From contig OZ257155.1 in NCBI GenBank assembly GCA_965279355.1, forward strand, positions 1,961,048-2,025,047: a stretch of DNA of 64,000 bases, written 5' to 3'. A program made the translations under genes and the position numbers. Shown piece after piece: positions 57,543-64,000 of this stretch. Positions within the stretch are counted from its first letter, which is position 1; each line of letters starts with the position of its first letter. The DNA is from Alphaproteobacteria bacterium (GTDB lineage: Bacteria; Pseudomonadota; Alphaproteobacteria; CACIAM-22H2). The notes under the pieces are model-generated. The model was not told the DNA's origin. It worked only from the letters and a program-made list of their open reading frames with translations, and made no database searches.

Positions 57543-59204
57543 TTATGGTCCCGCGACGACCGGCAGCATCACTCGCGATGGCGTCTGACCGCCGTGCCGC
57601 AACGTCACCGTGATGATGCGCTGATCGATCAGCCGCGCCGTGGCCGGCGGGGCGCCGTCGCCGGTGTTCACGGGATGCGCCGGGAAACTGCCGGGCGAGA
57701 CCGACAGGCGCAGCGCCGAGCCGGCCTTGATGCAGGCGCAGGTCGCGCGCATTGAAATCGTCACCGGCGACGTCGGTTTGTCCAGTCTCGCATAGCCTTC
57801 GGTGAGGTTGATCACGCGGCCGTCGGGCTTCACTTCGGACAGGATCGCGCAGACATCGAAGCTCGGCTGGTCCGCTTCGACAAACAGGATGGCGGCGACG
57901 TTGCCTGCCAGATGCAGATCGGTTTTCTGCACCGGCATGGTGAAGGTGGCGACATCAGGGCGCATGTCGGCGGAGGCGCGGTTGGCGGGGCCGAGCGGAT
58001 AGGCCTTGTGGCCGCCGACAGTTGGCGTCGGGCGCCAGGGATCGAAGACGAGGACATCCTCGCCGGCTGGACCGGCGCTCTCCGTGAGAACACCATCCCT
58101 GGGATCGAGACCGGCGCGGCCGCAGCTGCGCAGATGCATGTCCTTCGCCGCCGCTGCCGGCCAGGAGTCGAACTCACTCCATGAGCCGCCCATTTCGAAC
58201 AGGCGCACCGGCTTCTGCTTCATCACGCCGGTGTCGATCCCTTTCAGCCAATGATCGAACCACTGGATCTGTAGATGATCGATCATGTTGATCGCGGTGT
58301 CGCCGAACTCCACCTCACCGACCTTGGTCGCCCACGGGATATGCACCCAAGGACCGACGACTAGTTTCTGGTTGGCGACCTTGCGGCGGACCATGTCCTG
58401 ATAGCAGCCCAGGGTGCCGCTCAGCATGCCGTCGTACCAGCCGCCGATATGCAGCATCGGCACGTCGATTTTATCGGCATGGAAGCGGGGCGATATCTTC
58501 TCCCAGAACGGACCCGGTTCGGGATGCGAGACCCAGGCCGGATAGTGACCGAACTGGCCGTAGCGCTGCATCACATCCGGCATCGCCGGGATGGCGTCAT
58601 TCAACGGCATGGCGCGCGCGGCCGAAACCAGCGCGCGGTGCGCGTCGACATTACCGGCACGGCGCGTGGCTTCGGCGGAGAGCTGCGCGCCCCAGCCCAG
58701 GCCGGCATAGAACCGGAACGCATCGCCCTCGAAGGCGATATCGCTGTAGACATCCCAGGCGGACATCGCGGGGCACAGCGCCTTGAGCGCCGGATGCTTC
58801 GTCGCGGCAGCAAAGAGCTGCGTCATGCCCTGATAGGAAAAGCCGTACATGCCGATGACGCCGCTCGACCCCGGCAGCTTTGCCGCCCAGTCCAGCGTAT
58901 CGGCGCCGTCAGCGACTTCGGATTCGAAGATGCGGAATTCGCCTTCCGAGGTGCCGCGCCCGCGCACGTCCTGAATGACGACGATATAGCCGTGCTGCGC
59001 GTACCAGCTGGGATGGGCATAGACGACGGTGGACGCGATTGAGCGCCCATACGGCTGGCGCATCAGCAGGACCGGAAACGGACCCGCGGCATCGGGCCTG
59101 TAGATATCGGCCTCGAGCCGCACGCCGTCGCGCGTCTTCATCGACACCGTTTCGCGCGGCTTCAGCTTATAGCGCGCCGCCGCCGGCTTGCGGTCATCCG
59201 GCAT
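57543..59204 (-). CDS. CocE/NonD-family alpha/beta hydrolase (S15 X-Pro dipeptidyl-peptidase-like)
   Basis: 553 aa with nucleophile elbow GFSYQG and the C-terminal beta-sandwich domain typical of CocE/NonD proteins. Confidence 0.7.
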   Translation of the reverse strand: MPDDRKPAAARYKLKPRETVSMKTRDGVRLEADIYRPDAAGPFPVLLMRQPYGRSIASTVVYAHPSWYAQHGYIVVIQDVRGRGTSEGEFRIFESEVADGADTLDWAAKLPGSSGVIGMYGFSYQGMTQLFAAATKHPALKALCPAMSAWDVYSDIAFEGDAFRFYAGLGWGAQLSAEATRRAGNVDAHRALVSAARAMPLNDAIPAMPDVMQRYGQFGHYPAWVSHPEPGPFWEKISPRFHADKIDVPMLHIGGWYDGMLSGTLGCYQDMVRRKVANQKLVVGPWVHIPWATKVGEVEFGDTAINMIDHLQIQWFDHWLKGIDTGVMKQKPVRLFEMGGSWSEFDSWPAAAAKDMHLRSCGRAGLDPRDGVLTESAGPAGEDVLVFDPWRPTPTVGGHKAYPLGPANRASADMRPDVATFTMPVQKTDLHLAGNVAAILFVEADQPSFDVCAILSEVKPDGRVINLTEGYARLDKPTSPVTISMRATCACIKAGSALRLSVSPGSFPAHPVNTGDGAPPATARLIDQRIITVTLRHGGQTPSRVMLPVVAGP

Positions 59205-59631
59205 GGCGCGCGCCTGCGATCACCGCTTTGTCTTCCGCATCCAGCGTGACCGGAATGCCATTGCGGATCAGCTGCGCGAAATCCTCATTAGGCACCATAA
59301 CGGTCAGGCAGTAGAGCTTGCCGGCACCGGTGTTCTCGACCACATGCGTGCCGCCCGGGCGGACCATCAGCGCGTCACCGGCCTTCACGACCTTCTCGGC
59401 GCCGTCGCAATACGCGATCCCCTCGCCTGCCAGGACGAAGAACATCTCATGGGCGCGCTGGTGGACGTTGGGCGGAGTCTTGCCACCCTTCTCGAAAATC
59501 TCGATCACGCAGGTGAGATCGACATTGTCGCCCTCGGGATCGAAGATCATCGCGAAGTAGTTCGAATCGCCCGCCGCGATGCGATAGGCGCGGCATTCCG
59601 TCATGGTCTTCGCAATCAGATGGGATGTCAT
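59194..59631 (-). CDS. Cupin domain protein
   Basis: About 145 aa small-barrel cupin (..HQRAHEMFFVLAGEG.. ...GGTHVVEN). Its ATG overlaps the stop of the upstream isochorismatase-like gene (ATGA). Confidence 0.6.
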   Translation of the reverse strand: MTSHLIAKTMTECRAYRIAAGDSNYFAMIFDPEGDNVDLTCVIEIFEKGGKTPPNVHQRAHEMFFVLAGEGIAYCDGAEKVVKAGDALMVRPGGTHVVENTGAGKLYCLTVMVPNEDFAQLIRNGIPVTLDAEDKAVIAGARHAG

Positions 59632-60401
59632 TTCTTGAATCCCTTGCGGATGGCCGCACCCGACGCGACGAAACCGAAGCACTGCTTCACGTTATAGACC
59701 GTCGCGTCCCAGCAGAATTGCGGCGATGTGGTCGCCGAGCAGTCGGAAACCATGATGCAGTCGTAGCCCAGGAAATTCGCGTCCTGGAGCGTGCACAACA
59801 CGCATTGGTCGGCATTCACGCCGCCGAACAACAGCGTGGTGATGCCGAGATTGCGCAGCACTGAGTCGAGTTCGGTGTCCCAGAAGCCGCTCATCCGGTA
59901 CTTGTCGATGTGGATGTCGTCCTTGTGCGGTTTTAGGCCATCGACGATGGCTGCCGCCCAGCTTCCCTTCTGCAGCACCGGCGCCTTGCTCTTTGGCAAC
60001 GGATCGCCAAGACCGACGCCCTTGCCGGTCGGCTTGTAGACATGCAGCAGCGACGGGCTGAGGTTGAGCTTGTCGGGACGGTTGCCCCAGTTCACCCAGA
60101 TCACGGGAACATCGGCGCCGCGCAGTACCGGTAGCAGCGCGTTCAGCGGTTTGATCGGCTGGCGCGCGGGTGTCACATCGACACCAATGTGCGCGAGCCA
60201 GCCCTTGGGCGAACAGAAATCGTTCTGCATATCGATGACGATCATCGCGGTGCGCGCGGCATCGATGACCAGCTTCTGCGGCTCGGCATCGATGGATATG
60301 GGACGGATTTTGCGCCCCTGCCGCGTCATGTCGACCTTGGTCTCGGACACCTGCCAGGCGGTCACCGGCGCCGATCCCAGGGACACTAAACCTCTAGCCA
60401 A
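59628..60401 (-). CDS. Isochorismatase-like cysteine hydrolase (family of RutB, biuret hydrolase and N-carbamoylsarcosine amidase)
   Basis: 257 aa with the catalytic D-K-C arrangement context (IVIDMQNDF ... GGVNADQCVLCT). Confidence 0.7.
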   Translation of the reverse strand: MARGLVSLGSAPVTAWQVSETKVDMTRQGRKIRPISIDAEPQKLVIDAARTAMIVIDMQNDFCSPKGWLAHIGVDVTPARQPIKPLNALLPVLRGADVPVIWVNWGNRPDKLNLSPSLLHVYKPTGKGVGLGDPLPKSKAPVLQKGSWAAAIVDGLKPHKDDIHIDKYRMSGFWDTELDSVLRNLGITTLLFGGVNADQCVLCTLQDANFLGYDCIMVSDCSATTSPQFCWDATVYNVKQCFGFVASGAAIRKGFKK

Positions 60402-60502
60402 ATCAGCCTCCTAGCCGTCCCTGCCCGAAAATTAGGCAGACATCATCTCGCCCGGGTGAACTTGCAAGAGGGGTGCCGGACGCCTCACCCGCGTCTCTTC
60501 CG

Positions 60503-60633
60503 TCACCCCGCACTTGATGCGGGGCCCATCGTGCCGAGGGTGCGGTCGCTCCCATGAGCGCGCCGACGTCGGCACATCCATACCGATGTCATCGAAAGCG
60601 GAGACATGGGCCCCGCATCAAGTGCGGGGTGAC
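60503..60633. repeat. Perfect 28-bp inverted repeat flanking a ~75-bp spacer; each arm is itself a 7-bp-stem hairpin. MITE/REP-like element or complex terminator
   Basis: Arm1 gtcaccccgcacttgatgcggggcccat (60503-60530) is the exact reverse complement of arm2 atgggccccgcatcaagtgcggggtgac (60606-60633). Confidence 0.6.
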
Positions 60634-60665
60634 AGAAATGGAGAGAGACAGAGCCTCGACCGCCC

Positions 60666-61043
60666 CTACCCCATCAGACTCACATGCGCCGACACGACCC
60701 GCCAGCCGTCCGGGGTGCGCATCCAGGTCTGGGACTGGCGGCCGATCTTGGGCGTGCTGTCGCGGCGGAATTCGGTGTTGGCGGTCGCCATGTCGCGGCC
60801 GTAAGTCGTGATCACCGTGTTCTGGATGGTGCGCGCGAGGCCGGCCGAGGGACGCCCAGCGCGGAAGGCCTGGATCTGTTCGTAGCCGTAGAGATTTTCA
60901 CCGGCGCCGTAGCGGATGGTGAGCGGGCTTTTCCAGAACAGCTCGTCCAGAACATCGACTTCGTTGTTGACCAGCGCTTTTTCGTAGCGCGCAAACGCCG
61001 CCTGCATTTCGGCGACGACATCGGGCAGATTGATCTCAAGCAT
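60666..61043 (-). CDS. AtzH-like NTF2/SnoaL-fold small protein (DUF3225-type)
   Basis: 125 aa immediately downstream of the AtzE-like amidase. The gene order G-E-H matches the Pseudomonas sp. ADP atzGEH arrangement. Confidence 0.5.
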   Translation of the reverse strand: MLEINLPDVVAEMQAAFARYEKALVNNEVDVLDELFWKSPLTIRYGAGENLYGYEQIQAFRAGRPSAGLARTIQNTVITTYGRDMATANTEFRRDSTPKIGRQSQTWMRTPDGWRVVSAHVSLMG

Positions 61044-61056
61044 TCCTGTTGTTCCC

Positions 61057-62448
61057 TTACAGCGCAGCCACAGGTGCGGCGGCGACTCCCAGACGTTCCA
61101 GCTCGGCGGCGACGCGCAGCACCGTCGCCTCTTCCCACGGACGGCCGATAACCTGAATGCCCATCGGCATGCCGGGTCCCGCGATCGGCACCGCCGCCAC
61201 CGGCAGGCCGATGAAGGAGATCGGCTGGGTGTAGAGGCCGAGATTGCTGCGGACCACCACCTCCTTGCCGGCGGCGATCATCATTTTCTGTTCGAGCTCG
61301 GGGGCCGTGACCGGCGTGGACGGTGCCAGCACCACATCCACGGTCTTGAACAGTTCCGCCACCTGATGGCGATACCAGTGACGGAAGCGCTGCGCGCGAT
61401 TGACCCAGGCGGCGGGAATCAGCGCGCCCGCCAGCAGGCGGTCGCGCGTCTCGAAATCGAAGTCCTTGGCACGAACGCGGATGCGGTCCAGATGCAGCGC
61501 CGCCCCTTCCGATGCCGTGATGACGAACGCGGCGGCACGCGCGCGCGCGGCTTCGGGAAACTCGACGGTGCGTGTAACACCCAGCGCCTTCGCGGCCTTG
61601 GCGACAGCGGCCGTCGCGTCGGCGCCGAGATTGTCGGCGAAATAACCGCCGGCCACGGCGATGCGTAGCCCGCCAACACCTTCACCGATTGATGGGAGCG
61701 CCAGTTCGACCGGACGATTGGCGCAGGCCGTGTCTTCGGGATCGGGGCCCTGCATCGAGTCATAGGACAGCGCGAGATCGCGCGCGGTGCGGGCCAGCGG
61801 TCCCAGATGGTCGAGACTGGCGACGAACGGAAAGCTGCGGCGCCGGGACAGGCGGCCGAAGCTCGGCTTCAGGCCGAAAATGCCGCACAGCGACGACGGC
61901 ACGCGGATCGAGCCGTTGGTATCGGAGCCGAGCGCCAGCGGCACAAGGCTGGCGCCGACCGCCGTGCCGGAGCCGCCCGACGAACCGCCGGACATGCGGC
62001 CCAGATCGTGCGGATTGCGCGAGTGATCGTAATGTTCGTTGCGTCCCGTGAAGTCATAGGCGTATTCGCCCATGTTGAGCGCGCCGACCAGAATGGCGCC
62101 TGCCGCCTCAAGCCGCTCGATCAGCACCGCGTCGTGCTTGGCGGGCGCAAGCTCGCGGTTGATCTTCGATCCCGCAAGCGTGGTGACACCTGAAATGTCG
62201 AACAGGTTCTTGACCGCGAACGGAACGCCGGCCAGCGGGCCGGGTTTCTCGCCGCGCGCGATCCGCTCGTCCATCTCCTTCGCGCGTTTACGGGCCCGGT
62301 CGCCCGTGACTTCGGTAAAGGCGTTCAGCTTGGGATTGAGAGCGGCGATGCGGGTCAGTGTCGCGTCGATCACCGCCGTCGCGGTGAGCGTGCGGCCCTG
62401 CATGTCGGCGGCGATTTCGGCAACGCTTTTCACGGAAAGGTCGCTCAT
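61057..62448 (-). CDS. AtzE-like amidase-signature hydrolase (1-carboxybiuret hydrolase family)
   Basis: 463 aa with AS-family core [11 protein letters not shown] and upstream K. It overlaps the GatC-like small-subunit gene by 4 bp. No gatB is nearby. Confidence 0.65.
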   Translation of the reverse strand: MSDLSVKSVAEIAADMQGRTLTATAVIDATLTRIAALNPKLNAFTEVTGDRARKRAKEMDERIARGEKPGPLAGVPFAVKNLFDISGVTTLAGSKINRELAPAKHDAVLIERLEAAGAILVGALNMGEYAYDFTGRNEHYDHSRNPHDLGRMSGGSSGGSGTAVGASLVPLALGSDTNGSIRVPSSLCGIFGLKPSFGRLSRRRSFPFVASLDHLGPLARTARDLALSYDSMQGPDPEDTACANRPVELALPSIGEGVGGLRIAVAGGYFADNLGADATAAVAKAAKALGVTRTVEFPEAARARAAAFVITASEGAALHLDRIRVRAKDFDFETRDRLLAGALIPAAWVNRAQRFRHWYRHQVAELFKTVDVVLAPSTPVTAPELEQKMMIAAGKEVVVRSNLGLYTQPISFIGLPVAAVPIAGPGMPMGIQVIGRPWEEATVLRVAAELERLGVAAAPVAAL

Positions 62449-62630
62449 CGCGGGGTGAACACCGCGGCCGGTTCCTCGCTCTCGTCGAGCGGGAAGTCGC
62501 TCACGAATTTCGCCATCGCGATGATGAGCGCGAAATTCTCCTGCACCACCGGCATGTATTCCGGCGCGATGGGGAGCGCCATGGTTTTCGCCAGGGTCTC
62601 GATTTGGGCCTTGAGATCGGTGTCTGTCAT
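62445..62630 (-). CDS. AtzG-like small subunit (GatC-like, about 60 aa)
   Basis: 61 aa acidic helical protein translationally coupled to the AtzE-like gene. Confidence 0.5.
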   Translation of the reverse strand: MTDTDLKAQIETLAKTMALPIAPEYMPVVQENFALIIAMAKFVSDFPLDESEEPAAVFTPR

Positions 62631-62639
62631 GGATGCAGC

Positions 62640-63980
62640 CTAGAGTGCGATTTGAAGATCGTCGAGTTCCCGGTAATCGGGCAATTTGCGGTCGATGGGA
62701 CGGCCATTGCGCAGCACGACACGGTCGGACTGCGGCCGGGCCAGCAGCTCGCTCATGGAGCGCGCGTGGAAGAGGATGAGATCGGCGTTCATGCCGGGCT
62801 TGATGCGACCCAGTTCGGGAAGGCGCATGACATCGGCCGGGGTGCGCGTCACCACGCGCGGCCAGTCGGTGTGCGGATAGTCGAGATGGGCGATGCGGAC
62901 TGCCTGGTTATAGGTGTCGTGCATGTCGAGATCGCCGAACTCGTGGAAGGAGTCGCGCGTGTTGTCGCTGCCGACGGTCACAGTCACACCGCGCGCACGC
63001 AGCTCATGCAGCAGCGTCACGCCCCGCCAGCGCGGTGTGACCCCCGCATTGCGCGCCTGCACATACATGTTGCAGGTCGGCATGCTGGCCACCGCGAGGC
63101 CTGAATCGGCGCAGGCATCCAGCGTGTCTTTCACCAGCTGATCGGGCTGGATGGACAGGCTGCAGCAATGGCCGGTGACGATCTTTCCCTTGAAGCCGCG
63201 TTTGATCGCGGTGCGGGCGATGAAGCCCAGCGCCACGGCGCGGGGATCGCCGCCCTCGTCGACATGGAAATCGAGATCGAGATTCCGTTCCTCGGCCAGC
63301 TTGAAGAAATTATCCAGCATCGCCTGCAGGTCGGCAGGCATGCCGTTCTCATGGTCGCTATGGACCAGGCGCGTGACGCAGCCGAGATTGCCGCCGGCGT
63401 CGGCGACCATGTCGGCCAGCTTCGGGCCGAACGGCGACATGAAGGTGTCGATGGAAACGAGGCTGGTCGCCTGCAACGCGATCTTCCCGGCCCATTCGTC
63501 GCGCAGGTCGCGGAAGACCTTGTACGAAATGGCGGCCTGCGATTCGTAGACATCGAGATGCGTGCGCAGCGCGGCCGTGCCATGCACATAGGCGCAGCGC
63601 AGCGCAAAATCGGCTCTCCGCTTGACGTCGTCATAGGACCAGCGGCGCGTGCGGTCATCGACGATGGTCTTGACCGCGGTCGGGAACGAGCCGTCGACGC
63701 TGGGGGCCCGCGGCCAGATATGGCCCTTGTCGAGATGGGTGTGGATGTCGACGTAACACGGCCAGATCTGGTCGTTGTCGAGATCGATCCCGCCATCGGA
63801 GCCCAGCGTGCCGGCCGGGGCGACGGACGTCACCCGGCCGCCGGCAATATCCATATCGATGTCGATCAGGCCGCTGGAGTCGACCGGGCCCGGCGGCGGC
63901 ATGTCGAGAAGGGCCGCCAGGACCCGCGCCCGGCGCAGGCGCAGATCACCGGTGTCAGGCAGTTTGAGGTAGTCGGACAT
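62640..63980 (-). CDS. Cytosine deaminase-like amidohydrolase (CodA/AtzC family), paralog of 52842..54188
   Basis: 446 aa collinear with the other copy (VDIHTHLDKGHIWPRA, ERNLDLDFHVDE, RWRGVTLLHEL). Confidence 0.7.
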   Translation of the reverse strand: MSDYLKLPDTGDLRLRRARVLAALLDMPPPGPVDSSGLIDIDMDIAGGRVTSVAPAGTLGSDGGIDLDNDQIWPCYVDIHTHLDKGHIWPRAPSVDGSFPTAVKTIVDDRTRRWSYDDVKRRADFALRCAYVHGTAALRTHLDVYESQAAISYKVFRDLRDEWAGKIALQATSLVSIDTFMSPFGPKLADMVADAGGNLGCVTRLVHSDHENGMPADLQAMLDNFFKLAEERNLDLDFHVDEGGDPRAVALGFIARTAIKRGFKGKIVTGHCCSLSIQPDQLVKDTLDACADSGLAVASMPTCNMYVQARNAGVTPRWRGVTLLHELRARGVTVTVGSDNTRDSFHEFGDLDMHDTYNQAVRIAHLDYPHTDWPRVVTRTPADVMRLPELGRIKPGMNADLILFHARSMSELLARPQSDRVVLRNGRPIDRKLPDYRELDDLQIAL

Positions 63981-64000
63981 GCCCGGTGTACAGCAAGCGC

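Noticed and set aside
60503-60633. Possible CRISPR array
   Set aside because: There are only two copies, and they are in inverted rather than direct orientation. No cas genes are nearby.
60514-60804. 96-aa ORF spanning the inverted-repeat element
   Set aside because: It runs through both arms of the 28-bp inverted repeat and into the 3' end of the atzH-like gene. It has no RBS and a Cys/Arg-rich composition, so it is almost certainly non-coding.
61057-62630. Interpreting the amidase and small ORF as GatA/GatC tRNA amidotransferase subunits
   Set aside because: No gatB is adjacent. The NTF2-like gene is downstream in the AtzGEH order. The genomic context is catabolic. GatCA cannot be fully excluded without a phylogeny.
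34349-63980. Mobile genomic island or plasmid-borne catabolic transposon
   Set aside because: No transposase, integrase, tRNA attachment site or flanking direct repeats were seen in the window. GC content is uniform with the flanks.

Overview
High-GC (~65%) alphaproteobacterial chromosomal segment; the gene content looks Bradyrhizobiaceae-like, and that taxonomic guess is my inference. No rRNA, tRNA, CRISPR array or transposase/integrase was seen. Each block below is a separate call.

(1) 1-7400: a complete Flp/Tad pilus locus on the minus strand, in the order flp, cpaA, cpaB, cpaC, cpaD, cpaE, cpaF, tadB. tadB runs off the window edge. There is a strong hairpin between flp and cpaA. Divergent from flp are two tandem Crp/Fnr-family regulators, and a Crp-type palindrome sits in the shared intergenic region.

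(2) 9.1-16.3 kb: a purine/ureide catabolism cluster. It has an M20 allantoate amidohydrolase-like gene, the membrane cytochrome-c urate hydroxylase PuuD, the PuuE-type allantoinase, a fused OHCU decarboxylase-HIU hydrolase, and an NMT1-like ABC transporter. A Rossmann oxidoreductase and a TRZ/ATZ-family amidohydrolase follow at 16.4-19.0 kb. xdhAB lies separately at 25.2-29.1 kb and has no xdhC in the window.

(3) 19-25 kb: an LtrA-family membrane protein, a RutA-like flavin (LLM) monooxygenase with an orphan NMT1-like binding protein, and an FAD monooxygenase plus VOC extradiol dioxygenase pair.

(4) 29.4-34.3 kb: a small protein and a bacterial RRM RNA-binding protein, followed by the conserved but experimentally uncharacterised operon of circularly permuted ATP-grasp, alpha-E domain, transglutaminase-like and proteasome-type (Ntn) protease genes.

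(5) 34.3-64 kb: a dense, paralog-rich nitrogen-compound catabolic island. It holds five more NMT1/THI5-like solute-binding proteins (seven in the window), two ABC importers, and GntR and LysR regulators. The enzymes are allophanate hydrolase, two Rieske oxygenases, two 2OG/Fe(II) oxygenases, a creatininase-family amidohydrolase, two cytosine-deaminase-like amidohydrolases, two tandem FAD-linked oxidases, a CocE/NonD hydrolase, a cupin, an isochorismatase-like cysteine hydrolase, and a co-linear AtzG-AtzE-AtzH-like triad with no cyanuric acid hydrolase. A perfect 28-bp inverted repeat lies just downstream of the triad's last gene.

This island and the ATP-grasp operon are the best candidates for an undescribed system. 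Many long antisense ORFs in the six-frame track are high-GC artefacts.
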